From the NCBI GenBank assembly GCA_046351455.1, contig JAXLYM010000003.1, positions 152,364 to 216,363 of the forward strand: a DNA stretch of 64,000 nucleotides. Direction: 5' to 3'. How positions within the stretch are numbered: position 1 is the stretch's first letter; every line of letters begins with the position of its first letter. Source of the DNA: Polyangiaceae bacterium. Its GTDB lineage: Bacteria; Myxococcota_A; Polyangia; Polyangiales; Polyangiaceae. Both the position numbers and the translations under genes were made by a program. The notes under the pieces are model-generated. The model was not told the origin of the DNA. It saw only the letters and a program-made list of their open reading frames with translations, and ran no database searches. Shown here piece by piece: positions 23,117 to 33,683 of this stretch.

Positions 23117-23995
23117 ATGAAACGGCCCCTCCTCTTCCTCCTCGGCGCCGCGACGCTCAGCACGACGGCGTGCAACATCGTGCAATCGGGGGGCGCCGGC
23201 GGGACGGGCGGCTCCACCGAGACGAGCTACACGGACACGACCAACACGACCTATTCGGATCCTCTCTCGAGCACGCCCACGATCACGACGTACGACACCT
23301 TCCCGAACACCGACGCGTCGTGCGTGCCCCCGCCCGGGTTGTTCCTTCAGTTCTCGTTCACCGACGAATTCGGGGAGACGCACGCGTGCGACGGCACCGA
23401 CACCAGCACGCCGGACCCGTTCGACGGCGTGGTGACCGGCGTCGAGGGGAACGACCTCCTCATCGACAAGTGCCTCCCCGGGACGGCCTGCGATCCGACG
23501 ATCGTGAAGGTCTTCCTGCAAGGCCAGTCTCTGCCGCCGAAGATCCCGACTGGCACCTTCGTGCACGTGACGGACATCATCGACGCCTTCGTCGCGTCGG
23601 GCTGCGTGGACGGCCTGGAGATCGCCAATCTGCCGGAGCTGAACGGCGTCACGAACCCCACGTCGACACGGCCGCTCATCTGGTTCCGTGGCCGGAAGGA
23701 CGCCGGCGGCCCGCCCGACCCGGACAAGGACTTCGGCATCACGAGCACGCTCGTGCAGGGTTGTCACCCGGGCGAGCCCGACTTCGTCCCCGTGAACTAC
23801 ACGCTGTTCGATCCCGTGCACCCCGAGCTCGCGACGGTGGTGCACGTCGGAGAGATGGGCGCGATCCAGGTGATGCGCGACGGCGGCGTGGAGACATGGA
23901 AGCTCGCGAACGTCTCGGCCGGCTGCCTGAGCGTGACCGGCTGCATCAACGGCGAGCACTTCACGGACTATGCGATGATGGTCCCCAACCCCTAG
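23117..23995 (+). CDS. lipoprotein, Cys-rich C-terminal domain
   Basis: MKRPLLFLLGAATLSTTAC lipobox, then a Gly/Thr linker. Only the 3' third of the long track ORF 20156..23995 is coding; the rest is antisense of the HEAT gene. Confidence 0.75.
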   Translation: MKRPLLFLLGAATLSTTACNIVQSGGAGGTGGSTETSYTDTTNTTYSDPLSSTPTITTYDTFPNTDASCVPPPGLFLQFSFTDEFGETHACDGTDTSTPDPFDGVVTGVEGNDLLIDKCLPGTACDPTIVKVFLQGQSLPPKIPTGTFVHVTDIIDAFVASGCVDGLEIANLPELNGVTNPTSTRPLIWFRGRKDAGGPPDPDKDFGITSTLVQGCHPGEPDFVPVNYTLFDPVHPELATVVHVGEMGAIQVMRDGGVETWKLANVSAGCLSVTGCINGEHFTDYAMMVPNP

Positions 23996-24054
23996 AAATG
24001 AAGCGAGGGAAGGGTGACAGTCACCCTTCCCTCACCCGTCACAGCGGACGTCTC

Positions 24055-24885
24055 CTAGTATTCCCTCTCCCAGCCGCGCGGGATGCTCGGCGGGAAGCCC
24101 CAGACGTGCACGCCGTCGTGATCCGCGACGTACAGACCGCCCTGGGCCTCGTTCTCGTAGCCGACCCACGCCGGGAACTGGATCTGGTTCAGCGAGTCGC
24201 CGAGGAGGACCGTCTTGGTCTTCTTGTTCGGGTCCTTCGCCAGCTCCGCGCGATCCGCGTGGAAAATGGCCTCCGCGACGAGGTGGCGCATGTCCGAGCG
24301 GACCTCCGCGAACATCACCTGACGGAACACCTTGCCCGGACGGTGGGTCGCATACCACGCGTATTCTGCCGGCGTCAGGTTCGAGTACACGAGCATCTCG
24401 ACCGGGCCGATCGTCATGTAGAGGCGCGGCTTGCGGGCGGCGGGCTCCGCGTGGCCGATCGTCTTCGCGATCTCGGCCGGGCTCATCTCGTCGTGGCAGT
24501 CGTGGTTCGTGAACGTCGCCAGGGGGGCGCCCGCGGACATGTGCAGCGCCGCGCCGCCCGTCTTCACGAGGTAGATGTCGCGGTACGCGGAGACTGGCGT
24601 GCACGAAAAGGCGTTGTTGGAGAGGGCCGTCTTGGTCTTCTTGCCCTCGTGGTGCGTCGCCTTCAGCGCGGTCGCCGCGTCGGCGTTGGCGTCGCGCCAG
24701 CCGCCCTCATCGAGGAAGCGGAACGACGGCTTGTCGCCCTCCTGCGCGAGCGTCACGAGCACCGTGCGCCCGTGGAAGTACTTGCCCGAACCCGGGCTGC
24801 GGTGCTTCGCGAAACCCTCGACGCTGAGGCTGGTCGCGGTCAGGATTCCATGCGGCAAACTGAGGATCAGGCGGCTCTCGGCCAT
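24055..24885 (-). CDS. hypothetical protein, 276 aa
   Basis: ORF with start set at MAESRLILSLPHG. Contains His/Asp-rich motifs (HDCHDE, VADHDGVHVWG). Function unknown. Confidence 0.55.
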   Translation of the reverse strand: MAESRLILSLPHGILTATSLSVEGFAKHRSPGSGKYFHGRTVLVTLAQEGDKPSFRFLDEGGWRDANADAATALKATHHEGKKTKTALSNNAFSCTPVSAYRDIYLVKTGGAALHMSAGAPLATFTNHDCHDEMSPAEIAKTIGHAEPAARKPRLYMTIGPVEMLVYSNLTPAEYAWYATHRPGKVFRQVMFAEVRSDMRHLVAEAIFHADRAELAKDPNKKTKTVLLGDSLNQIQFPAWVGYENEAQGGLYVADHDGVHVWGFPPSIPRGWEREY

Positions 24886-25017
24886 CGGAACGGACTCTCC
24901 TTCGGGCACGCGGCCCCGCGGGTTACTGTCCCCGGAGCCACGCCACGCGGCCACCCTACTTGCCCCCGGCGCGCGTGACAACCCCACGTAGCACGCACAA
25001 TTGACTGGATCGGCGCC

Positions 25018-26073
25018 TCAGCTCTTCGGTACGTCGGACGAGAGGATCCAGAAGCCGCCGTCGCTGGGCGCGGTGAAGCCGAGGTTCTTCGGCAAGATGT
25101 TCGCCCAGCCCACGATCGTCTCCATCACGTAGAACTCGGCGCCGGTCTCGATGGTGCCAATCGTCTTTTCCTTCTCGTCGCGGCGCACGCGGATCGGGAT
25201 GTCCTTCGTCGCCTTGAGGAGCGTCGGGGTCTTGTCGAACGCGAGCTGCGCGCCCCCCACGGCGGACGATCCGGGGATCGCCTGGTCGAGCATCTCCCCT
25301 TTCTTGAGCGGGTTCAGCGCGCTCCACTTGGCCCACGCGTCGATCACGAGGTCGCCGCGCATCTGCACGTGGACGAAGCCGACCTTCGACTCCGTGCTCC
25401 AGAAGAGCTGGCCCGTCCCTTCGAGCATGTTGAGCGAGAAGACGTTCGTGCCGTTCGCGTCGTCGTAGAGGTCCAGCGTGGTCGACTTCATCTGGTAGCC
25501 GCGGCCGTTGCCCGGCACCGTGAACGTGGTCGCGGTCCCCTTCTCCAGCGCGAACGCGTCGCACGCCGCCGTGCCCTTCGCGGTCTGGCTCTGCGACCCG
25601 GCGATCGTGATCTCCGCGGTGAGCGTCGACGCCTGCGCGCTCGTCAGCTTCACCTTCTGGCCGTCCGAGATCCACACGTGCCCGGCGTAGATCGGCACGT
25701 CTTTCACCGAGTAAACGGAGAACGCGGTCGGCGCCGCGAACCCGTCGATCCGCACCGTCGCCGCGCCGTTCGACGTCGCGATCTTCGCGCGCCCCGTCGT
25801 CGGATCCGCGGGCAGCTCCGAGATTTGCAGCGGGATCACCGCGCCCGTCGCCTCCGCGATCACGCGGCCGCCGCTCACGGCGTCGTAGATCTGCGTGCCC
25901 TTCGGCGGGGGCTGCGATCCCTTGATCACGCAGCTCGACACCGGCTGCGCGGTCGTGGCCGTCGCGGTGGTGGACGGCGTCGGATCGTCGGCGCTCGCGA
26001 CCGCTGCGATCGACGCGGCGGCGGAGGCGAAAGCGAGGGGGGCGAGGAAACGTGCGAACGAGGGCGGTGTCAT
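25018..26073 (-). CDS. secreted hypothetical protein
   Basis: N-terminal signal peptide FLAPLAFASAAASIAAVASA and a Thr-rich linker. Confidence 0.7.
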   Translation of the reverse strand: MTPPSFARFLAPLAFASAAASIAAVASADDPTPSTTATATTAQPVSSCVIKGSQPPPKGTQIYDAVSGGRVIAEATGAVIPLQISELPADPTTGRAKIATSNGAATVRIDGFAAPTAFSVYSVKDVPIYAGHVWISDGQKVKLTSAQASTLTAEITIAGSQSQTAKGTAACDAFALEKGTATTFTVPGNGRGYQMKSTTLDLYDDANGTNVFSLNMLEGTGQLFWSTESKVGFVHVQMRGDLVIDAWAKWSALNPLKKGEMLDQAIPGSSAVGGAQLAFDKTPTLLKATKDIPIRVRRDEKEKTIGTIETGAEFYVMETIVGWANILPKNLGFTAPSDGGFWILSSDVPKS

Positions 26074-26160
26074 GCTGCTATATCCCCGGTGCTGCCACGG
26101 TCTGGAACGGTTCGTTGAGAGTCTAGCGAATCCTGTTCAGACGGGCGCACCTCGGCACGC

Positions 26161-27087
26161 ATGCAACCTTCTCCGTCCGACTTCCAGCTCGCGTTCGCTA
26201 CCCCCCGAAAGCTCCCGAAGGTGCGCGATCTCGCGGGCCGCGTCGTGGTGCTCGACATCGCCTTCGTGTCGGAGGCCGGCGGTCAGAGCTTCGAGAAGCT
26301 GACGCTGCCCTTCATCACGAGCCTCGGCTCGCGGTTGGCCGCGTGGGTGGATCACCACGACAGCGCGCACCACGCTCGTTTCGAAGGCGATCCGCGATTT
26401 TTGCTGACGACGAAGGCGGAGCACGGCGCCTGCCCGGAGCTCGTGACGCCGGAGGTCGTGGCGCGCGCCGGCAAGGTGGACACGATCGTCTGCCACGGCG
26501 ATTTCGACGGCCTCGCGAGCGCCGCGAAGTGGATGCGCGGCGGTGAGGAGCCGTACGCGGGGTGCGACGACGACGCCCGCGCGATCGACACGCGCCTCGG
26601 GATCCCGAGCCCGATCGCGGCCCGGTTCGATCGCGCGATCCGGGCGCGCGGACGGGATCATTCGCTGTCGGGCCTCATCGTGCGTCACCTCGCGACGGGC
26701 CTGCGCGACGCTTCTTTGTGGGGCCCCATCGACGAGGCCGGCGCGCAGATCGCCCCGCTGGAGGAGCGCGCGCGCAAGATCGCCCGCAAGTACGAGCGCG
26801 TGGAGCCGGACCTCGCGGTCGTGGACGCCACGGACTCGCAGGCGGACGGCCCGTACGACAAGACGTTGCTGCTGTTGCTCGGCCAGGAGAAGGCGCGCGC
26901 GGCGTGCGTGATCGACGGGGAAAACGCGACGTTCGCGGCGCGGTTCGACAGCGGCCTCAACTTCCTCACGCTGTTCGGCCTCTCCGGGGGGATGCCGACG
27001 GTGCTCTCGATTCAGCGCTCGCGGCTCCGGGACGCGCTCGGCAAGCTCGGCGTGAGCGAGGGCGACATCCGGCGGATCACGGCGTGA
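26161..27087 (+). CDS. hypothetical protein (WVDHHD and CHGDFDG His/Asp motifs), probably co-transcribed with the M50 protease gene
   Basis: ORF ending 29 bp before the protease gene on the same strand. Confidence 0.6.
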   Translation: MQPSPSDFQLAFATPRKLPKVRDLAGRVVVLDIAFVSEAGGQSFEKLTLPFITSLGSRLAAWVDHHDSAHHARFEGDPRFLLTTKAEHGACPELVTPEVVARAGKVDTIVCHGDFDGLASAAKWMRGGEEPYAGCDDDARAIDTRLGIPSPIAARFDRAIRARGRDHSLSGLIVRHLATGLRDASLWGPIDEAGAQIAPLEERARKIARKYERVEPDLAVVDATDSQADGPYDKTLLLLLGQEKARAACVIDGENATFAARFDSGLNFLTLFGLSGGMPTVLSIQRSRLRDALGKLGVSEGDIRRITA

Positions 27088-27116
27088 TTTCGTGCTAATC
27101 CCACGAAGAGGATCCC

Positions 27117-27770
27117 GTGTTCGATAGTGGCTATTTCAGGCTCGGCAGGTTCGGCGGCGCGCCGATCCGCATCCACTGGAGCGCGCCGATCGGAGCGTTT
27201 CTGTTCTGCGGGATGGGCTTTTATCCCGGCGCCTGGGTGGCCTTCCTGCTCTTGATTCTGGCGCACGAGATCGGCCACGCGGTGATGGTGCGGCTCTTCC
27301 GCATGCACGTCGTCTCGGTGGACGTGCACGGCCTCGGGGGACTGTGCCAGTTCGTCGGGAGCACCTCGCAGATGGGCCGTTCGCTCATCGCGTGGGGCGG
27401 CGTGCTCGGCCAGCTCGTGATGCTGGCGATCGCGGGCTTGCTGTGGCTGGTCCTCCCGCGCTTCCACAACATCTATTTCTGGGAGGGCATGGGGATGTTC
27501 TTCCGCCCGAATCTGATGTTGATGGCGCTCAACCTCTTGCCGGCCCCCGGCTTCGACGGTCAAGAGGCCTGGAAGCTGTTCGGCAGTGAGGGCCTCCCCG
27601 CGTGGTGGCGCCGCCGCAAGTCGCAGAAGGCCCGCGTCGAGTCGAAGGGCGGAGTCGTCCGCCCGATGCCCCAGAAAAAGCAGCGCTTCGTGAGCAACCG
27701 AATCGAGGACGAAATCCTCGAAAAGACGCCCACGAGCACGAAGCGGCCGCCCCCGCACATGCTCAATTAG
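27117..27770 (+). CDS. peptidase M50 family (site-2 protease-like) membrane zinc metalloprotease
   Basis: HExxH in a TM helix (LILAHEIGHAV), multiple hydrophobic segments and a NLLPAPGFDG motif (LDG-like) typical of S2P/SpoIVFB-type proteases. Confidence 0.75.
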   Translation: MFDSGYFRLGRFGGAPIRIHWSAPIGAFLFCGMGFYPGAWVAFLLLILAHEIGHAVMVRLFRMHVVSVDVHGLGGLCQFVGSTSQMGRSLIAWGGVLGQLVMLAIAGLLWLVLPRFHNIYFWEGMGMFFRPNLMLMALNLLPAPGFDGQEAWKLFGSEGLPAWWRRRKSQKARVESKGGVVRPMPQKKQRFVSNRIEDEILEKTPTSTKRPPPHMLN

Positions 27771-27938
27771 GCGGGGTTCGCTCGCTTCGGGGACGGGCCC
27801 ATGCCAACATCTTCGGTGCTCAGCGTACCCGAGTGCGCTTCCGCGCCGAAAATGCCGGCCTGGACCCGTCTCCTGCGCGATCGATCCCCCGCTGGGAGGG
27901 TAGTAGTGCTCGATTCGAAACGGAATTGCTAGAAGCGG

Positions 27939-29171
27939 TCATTTCACTTTGCAGCCGGCGCCGTTCGTGAGGCCCTTCTTCTTCGCGAGATCGTCAATCT
28001 CGATCAGGGCGTCTTTCAAGCGCGGATCCGCCGGATCGATCGCGTGCACCTTCACGTAGGCGTCGCACGCGTCGGTGAATTTCTCCTGCGCGCCGTACGC
28101 GTTGCCGAGGTTGATCCAGGCGCTCACGAGCTTCGGGTTCTTCTGCGTGGCCTGCTTGTAGTAGTCGATGGCCTTCGCGAGATCGCCGCGGAGCGACCAG
28201 GCATATCCGAGGTTGCTCTTGTAACTGGCGTTCTCCGGATCCGCCGACACGGCCTTTTCCAGGTGCGGTGACGCCTTCACCGGATCGCCGAGCCCGAGCA
28301 GCGCCGTGCCGAGCCCGTTCTCCGCGCGCGCGTCCCCGGGGCTGATCCGCAAGGCCTTCTCGAACACGGGCGCCGCGTCCCCCGGTTTGCCGGCCGCGAG
28401 GAGCACCGTCCCCAGGTTGAGCTGACGCCCGAAATCGCCGCCCGCGAGCTGCACCGATTTCTGGAACGACGCGAGCGCCCGCGCCACATCGCCCGTCGCG
28501 AGCATCGCCACGCCGAGAGCCGAGTGCGCCTCCGCGTCGTTCGGAGAGAGCTCGGTCCCTTTCTTCGCGGCCGCCACCGCCTCTTCGGCCTTCCCGAGCA
28601 CGAGGAGCGCCTTCGCGAGCTCCGTCTGCACAGGCCCGTACGCCGCGTCGAGCTTCGCGGCCTTCGCGAGATCCGCGGCCGCCGCCTTCGCGACCTTGTC
28701 GTCCGGCGCGCTCCCGAACCCCTCCGGCACGTTGCCTTTCCCGAGCCGCGCCCGCGCGAGCCCCACCGCCGGCGCCGGGTCCTTCGGAGCGAGCCTCTGC
28801 GCCTTCAGATAAGCCTTCTCGGCGCCCGCATAATCGGCCTTCGCGAACGCCGTGTCCCCTTCGACCAGGGCCTTGTCCGCGGGCGTATCCACGCCACGCG
28901 CCACGTGCGGAGGCGGGCTCGGCGGCGGAATCGGCTCCGGCGCAGGCTCCGCGACCGGCGCGCTCGTCCCCGTGGCGGTCGGAACAGGCACCGTCGTCAT
29001 CGAAGCCGTCCCGCTCGTCGAGGCCGTCGCCACCGTCGCCGTGGGCTGCGGCGCGTTCATCGGCTGCGGCCCCTGATCGGGATTCGGGCCGCACCCGGTC
29101 GCGACGGTCAGCGCGACGACGCCACCTATCCACGAACCAAGGACCATGACGGAGCGGACCTGCGGGGCCAT
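27939..29171 (-). CDS. TPR-repeat lipoprotein
   Basis: Lipobox LTVATGC, Pro/Thr linker, then 8 or more TPR-like repeats (AxxxYxxA patterns). Confidence 0.8.
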   Translation of the reverse strand: MAPQVRSVMVLGSWIGGVVALTVATGCGPNPDQGPQPMNAPQPTATVATASTSGTASMTTVPVPTATGTSAPVAEPAPEPIPPPSPPPHVARGVDTPADKALVEGDTAFAKADYAGAEKAYLKAQRLAPKDPAPAVGLARARLGKGNVPEGFGSAPDDKVAKAAAADLAKAAKLDAAYGPVQTELAKALLVLGKAEEAVAAAKKGTELSPNDAEAHSALGVAMLATGDVARALASFQKSVQLAGGDFGRQLNLGTVLLAAGKPGDAAPVFEKALRISPGDARAENGLGTALLGLGDPVKASPHLEKAVSADPENASYKSNLGYAWSLRGDLAKAIDYYKQATQKNPKLVSAWINLGNAYGAQEKFTDACDAYVKVHAIDPADPRLKDALIEIDDLAKKKGLTNGAGCKVK

Positions 29172-29267
29172 AAATATATCTTTTTCCTGAGAGGATTCGG
29201 GCAGGCGGGGGAGTGATACGAGGGGGCGGAGCCCCCTTGTAAGATCACGTCTGTCTGCCTGTGCTCG

Positions 29268-30824
29268 TCAGACCTTGTAGGCGACCGTGGAGTGATCCTT
29301 GCCGTCGAACCGCAGGAGCACGCTCTTTCCGTCCACCTTCGTGGAGACGAGCACAGGCCGCTTCCAGAGCCGCACGAGGGATGCGAGCGTCTCCCGCGCG
29401 TAATCGCTCTTGAGCTCCATGCCGTTCCACTTGTGCTCGAGGAGCAGCTCCCCACGATTGCCGTAGTTCGCGTCGATCACCTGGATCAACGGATCGCCGA
29501 AGTTCGTGAGCTGGAAGAGGAGCTTCTCCTTCACCTCCTTGAACTCGCGGCTCTCGATCTCGTACCGGTCATTGCGGCCCGAGTACCCGAACGTGTACAT
29601 CTTGGCGTCGAACACGAAGTCCGGCGTGAGGAATTCGTCGAGGAACGTGACGTCGTTGTAGAGCGACCGCACCTGGAAGATCTTCTGCCGCCCGAGGCCG
29701 AGTCGAAGGTCCCAGTTGCGGCGAGCGTCCATGTCCGTGCACTCGTCCCAGTCCTTGCCGAACTGGCCTTTGTCCCACCGTTCTTCGATGTAGCGGAACA
29801 GCTCCACGCCGAGCTTGTACGGGTTCAATCGGCCGGGCGCCGTCGCCATGACTCCCGCGTTGTTCTCCGCGTAATCGATGATCTCCGAGGCGTCGAGCAC
29901 CTTCTCGGTCATCATCTTCGAGTGCCAGTAGGCCGCCCACCCCTCGTTCATGATCTTCGTCTGGCGCTGAGGCAGGTAGTAATAAGCCTCGTCGCGGATG
30001 ATTTCGAGGATGTCGCGCTCCCACCGCTCGAGCGGCGCGTGGTCGAGCAGGAATTTGAGGATGTCGCGCTCCGGACGCTCGGGCACCTTGCGCTCGGGGC
30101 GCTGCTTTTCGAGCATCTTCTTCTTCTGCGCCTCGACGTACTCCTCGGGGTTGATGAAGGCGTCCATGTACTCCTTCGCCTGGAGCTTGGGCACCTCGAG
30201 GGGCTTGTCGTCGTCCTCGACAGGGGGCTTCACCCGGCCGGAGAAAGGGGACCACGGGTCGATGAGGTTCTCCAGCGAGAGGCAATGATCGATGAACTGC
30301 TCGATCTTCGCGATGCCGTGCCGCTCCACGTGGCGCGCGACGCGGGCCCCGTGATTGGCCATCTTGTCGATCCAGCGGCGATCCGGCTCGTACGGCTCCT
30401 GCTTCTTGATGGGATCCGTGACGGGTCCTTGCCTGTCGAGGTCCGTCGACTTGAAGCAGAAGTTGTTCTTGAAGAAGTCCACGTGACCGAACACGTGCGC
30501 CATCACGAGCTTCTGGTCGGTCAGCGAGTTCCCTTCGAGCAGGTACGCGTACGAAGGGTTGTTGTTGATGACCATCTCGTAGATCTTCGAGAGGCCGTAT
30601 TCATAGCTCTTCGAGAGCTGCTCGTACTCCATCCCGAAGCGCCAGTGCGGATACCGCGTCGGGAAGCCGCCGTACGCGGCGATCTCGTTCATCTGGTCGT
30701 ACGTCAGGATCTCGAAGATGACCGGGAACAGATCCAGGCCATAGTCGCGCGCGATCTTCTCGATGCGCTCCTGCTGCTCGCGCAGGTACCGGGGAAGCGT
30801 GGTGTTGAGTGCGAACTTGCTCAT
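29268..30824 (-). CDS. spoVR: SpoVR family protein
   Basis: Strong family match, including [15 protein letters not shown]. The start at [10 protein letters not shown] gives 518 aa. Confidence 0.9.
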   Translation of the reverse strand: MSKFALNTTLPRYLREQQERIEKIARDYGLDLFPVIFEILTYDQMNEIAAYGGFPTRYPHWRFGMEYEQLSKSYEYGLSKIYEMVINNNPSYAYLLEGNSLTDQKLVMAHVFGHVDFFKNNFCFKSTDLDRQGPVTDPIKKQEPYEPDRRWIDKMANHGARVARHVERHGIAKIEQFIDHCLSLENLIDPWSPFSGRVKPPVEDDDKPLEVPKLQAKEYMDAFINPEEYVEAQKKKMLEKQRPERKVPERPERDILKFLLDHAPLERWERDILEIIRDEAYYYLPQRQTKIMNEGWAAYWHSKMMTEKVLDASEIIDYAENNAGVMATAPGRLNPYKLGVELFRYIEERWDKGQFGKDWDECTDMDARRNWDLRLGLGRQKIFQVRSLYNDVTFLDEFLTPDFVFDAKMYTFGYSGRNDRYEIESREFKEVKEKLLFQLTNFGDPLIQVIDANYGNRGELLLEHKWNGMELKSDYARETLASLVRLWKRPVLVSTKVDGKSVLLRFDGKDHSTVAYKV

Positions 30825-30831
30825 GGCCCGC

Positions 30832-31941
30832 TCACTTCCCCTTCCCGAGGAAGTCCTTGATGCTCCCCACGATCGCGTCCTTGTCGCGGATCTCGCTCGT
30901 GACGACCCGCTCGTCCTTGTTGAAGTGCTCGCGCAGATCCTTGATGAACTGGCCGGAGCCATACGGGCTCTCGACCTGGCCGTAGGCGAACATGTTCACG
31001 CGTGGGAGGAGGCTCTTCTTGAGGATGTCGACGCAAGACAGGGTGTCATCCATCGACCAGTTGTCGCCGTCGGAGAAGTGGAATGGATAGATGTTCCACT
31101 CGGCCGCGGGGTAGCTGTCGTCGATGATCTGCGCGCACAATTTATAGGCGCTGGAGATCATCGTGCCGCCCGACTCCCGCGTGTGGAAGAAGGTGTCGCG
31201 GTCGACCTCGCGCGCGACGGCGTCGTGGATGATGAAGCGCGACTCCAGCCCTTTGTATTGCTTGGTCAGCCACGCGTCGATCCAGAAGCTCTCGATGCGC
31301 ACGATCTCCTTCTGCTCGTCCCCCATCGAGCCGGAGACATCCATCATGTAGATGATGACCGCGTTCGTCACGGGCTCGTTGATGGTCTTCCACGAGCGGT
31401 AACGCTTGTCCTCCCGGATGGGGACGACCACGGGCTGGTCCGGCGCGAACGTGCCGCTCGAGATCATGCGCTTCAGCGCCTCGCGGTACGTGCGCTTGAA
31501 ATGGCGCAGCGACTCGGGGCCGACGCGGCGGATGCCCGAGTACCGATCGTGCGCGCTGGAGACGGTGTTCTTGCCCTTGTCCTGGATGTCGGGCAGCTCC
31601 AGCTCCTCGCCGAGGATCGCCGCCAGCTCGTCGAGCGTGACGTCCACTTCGAGGTTGTGCTCGCCTTGATCCTGGCCGGCCTGGCCCTTCCCCGGCTGCT
31701 TCTCTTCGCCGCCGTTCAAAGGGTCGCCGGGCTTGCCGTCACCCTGGCCGACGCCCCCCTTCTGCTTGTCGCCGAAGCGGAAGCGCGGGATGTCGATCTG
31801 CGGGATGGGGATCGACACGCGATCCTTTCCTTGCCGGCCGATCAGCTCTCCCTGGGAGATGTACTTGCGCAGGTTCTGGCGGATCTTCCCCCGCACGATC
31901 TGTCGGAACCGCCCGTGGTCCTGGTCGATCTTCAGTGACAC
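30832..31941 (-). CDS. yeaH: YeaH/YhbH family protein (DUF444, vWA-like)
   Basis: Motifs [18 protein letters not shown] and [14 protein letters not shown] match the YeaH family. 7 bp upstream of spoVR. Confidence 0.9.
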   Translation of the reverse strand: MSLKIDQDHGRFRQIVRGKIRQNLRKYISQGELIGRQGKDRVSIPIPQIDIPRFRFGDKQKGGVGQGDGKPGDPLNGGEEKQPGKGQAGQDQGEHNLEVDVTLDELAAILGEELELPDIQDKGKNTVSSAHDRYSGIRRVGPESLRHFKRTYREALKRMISSGTFAPDQPVVVPIREDKRYRSWKTINEPVTNAVIIYMMDVSGSMGDEQKEIVRIESFWIDAWLTKQYKGLESRFIIHDAVAREVDRDTFFHTRESGGTMISSAYKLCAQIIDDSYPAAEWNIYPFHFSDGDNWSMDDTLSCVDILKKSLLPRVNMFAYGQVESPYGSGQFIKDLREHFNKDERVVTSEIRDKDAIVGSIKDFLGKGK

Positions 31942-31960
31942 CGCGCGGAGGATAGCAGGC

Positions 31961-32818
31961 CTAGCCGCTCGCGAAACCCATGTCGAGGGCGGCCATCATC
32001 GCGGCGTACCCTTCCTCGCGGGGCACAGCCCACTGACGGATGCCCTCCATTTCGAGGACCTTCTTGTGGGCCGGGTTCTTCGCCGTCATGCCGAGGAGCA
32101 CGCGCTGGAACGCGTCCGCCTTCGGGGCCGCGAGCGTCGGCAAGGCGTCGAACACGCGGAGATCGAAGGTCGGCGTCGTCCACAAAACTTCGGTGCGGTG
32201 CGGATCGACGCGGCTCGCGGCGTTCTCGATGCTCCAGATGCGCGTGCCCACCACGCCGGCGTGCGCGCGGCCGTCGTGCACCGCCGCCAGCACCATCAGC
32301 TCCGCGTCGGTCGTGTCCCCGTGCTTGCCGACGTGCACGTCGAACGGCACGAGCTCCACCTTCGCGAGCTCCACGCCCGCCTGCGACAGGTAGTACAAAG
32401 GCAGGATCCGCGAGGGCGCCGAGTCCTTCGAGCCGACCGCGAGCCGCTTGCCGTGCAGCGCCGTGAACGCGCGGATGTCGGCGTCCCGGCGCACGATGAT
32501 CTTCGACGACGCGCCGCGATCGACGTCGGCCGCGGCGAGCGTGATCGAGCGACCCTCGGTGCGCTTCTTCACCCGAGCGTGCGAGAGCGGCGAGTCGTAC
32601 GCGACGTCGATGTGACCGAGGAGGAGCGACTCCACCTGCCGCTCGTACGACGAGAAGAGCGCGTACTCGATCGCGACGTTCTGCGCGCGAAAGTGCTCGA
32701 TCATCGCCTCCCAGAAGGGGACGACCCGGGGGCTACTGGCGACGGCGCCGACGAGAATGGCTGAATCGGACATGGCTCGCTGCGGTGATGCGAGGTCTAC
32801 GTTCACGTTCGCGTTCAC
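31961..32818 (-). CDS. PhnD/SsuA-type periplasmic-binding-protein-like domain protein, apparently without signal peptide
   Basis: Similarity pattern to phosphonate-binding PhnD ([27 protein letters not shown]-like YYLSQAG). No N-terminal hydrophobic signal. Confidence 0.65.
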   Translation of the reverse strand: MNANVNVDLASPQRAMSDSAILVGAVASSPRVVPFWEAMIEHFRAQNVAIEYALFSSYERQVESLLLGHIDVAYDSPLSHARVKKRTEGRSITLAAADVDRGASSKIIVRRDADIRAFTALHGKRLAVGSKDSAPSRILPLYYLSQAGVELAKVELVPFDVHVGKHGDTTDAELMVLAAVHDGRAHAGVVGTRIWSIENAASRVDPHRTEVLWTTPTFDLRVFDALPTLAAPKADAFQRVLLGMTAKNPAHKKVLEMEGIRQWAVPREEGYAAMMAALDMGFASG

Positions 32819-32897
32819 GATGTCAAAAAGAATCGGCGGGCGCCGGTGCGCGGCGGCGTTTCGGAACGGTTGTGCGGTGCGCTAAGGTCTTCGGGCC

Positions 32898-33683
32898 ATG
32901 TCCGCAGGATCCGCCGAATACGACGATTTCAAGCTCCACCTCCACGTCCTCGGGCAAGACCACGAGATCGCGTCGCGCGCGCACGTCGGGCCCACGCGGG
33001 CGCAAGAGCTGTTGCCGCTCGCGCGGGCGATCTCGGAGGGCGTGACGGCGATCGCGGTCGCGCACGAAGAGGCTGAAGGAAAGCGGATCTCGTGCGCGAA
33101 GGGCTGCGGCGCGTGCTGCCAGCAGCTCGTGCCCGTGTCACCGCTGGAGGCCGCGCGGCTCGCGGAGGTCGTCGAAGCAATGCCGCGCGAGCGCCGCCGC
33201 GAGATCGTGAAGCGCTTCGAAAAGGCCGTGAAGAGGCTCGAACAGGTGGGCTTGCTCGATCCGCGGAGGCCCCGCGGAGAGGCTGCGCTCGTCTCGACGA
33301 AGACGGACCCGAAGGAGGCGTGGGAGGACGCGAGCCGCCGCTATTTCGAGGCGAAGATCCCGTGTCCGATGCTCGAGGACGGCGCGTGCAGCATCTATCC
33401 GGAGCGGCCGACGGTGTGCCGCGAGTACCTCGTGACGACGCCGGCCGAACGGTGCGCGACGCTCGGCGAGGGCGTGCGCACGACGCCGCGCCCGCTGCGG
33501 ATGCACGAGGCGCTGACGGCGACGACGAACGAGCTCTTCGGGCGCGAGGACGTGGGGCTGCCGCTCACGCTCTCGCTCGAGTGGGCGGCGGCGCACCGCG
33601 ACGCGTTCCGCGGGGAGGGCGACGGCGAAGAGATGGCGATGGCCCTCGTCGCGGCGATCCAGTCCGCCGACGAAGAGGCCTGA
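32898..33683 (+). CDS. YkgJ-family Cys-cluster (putative Fe-S/zinc) protein
   Basis: CAKGCGACCQQ motif and a second Cys pair (CPMLEDGACSIYPERPTVC). Confidence 0.7.
   Translation: MSAGSAEYDDFKLHLHVLGQDHEIASRAHVGPTRAQELLPLARAISEGVTAIAVAHEEAEGKRISCAKGCGACCQQLVPVSPLEAARLAEVVEAMPRERRREIVKRFEKAVKRLEQVGLLDPRRPRGEAALVSTKTDPKEAWEDASRRYFEAKIPCPMLEDGACSIYPERPTVCREYLVTTPAERCATLGEGVRTTPRPLRMHEALTATTNELFGREDVGLPLTLSLEWAAAHRDAFRGEGDGEEMAMALVAAIQSADEEA

Noticed and set aside
29207-29231. GGGGGCGGAGCCCCC hairpin between TPR lipoprotein start and spoVR stop
   Set aside because: Plausible intra-operon attenuator or terminator, but a single short GC hairpin in 70% GC DNA is not distinctive enough to call.
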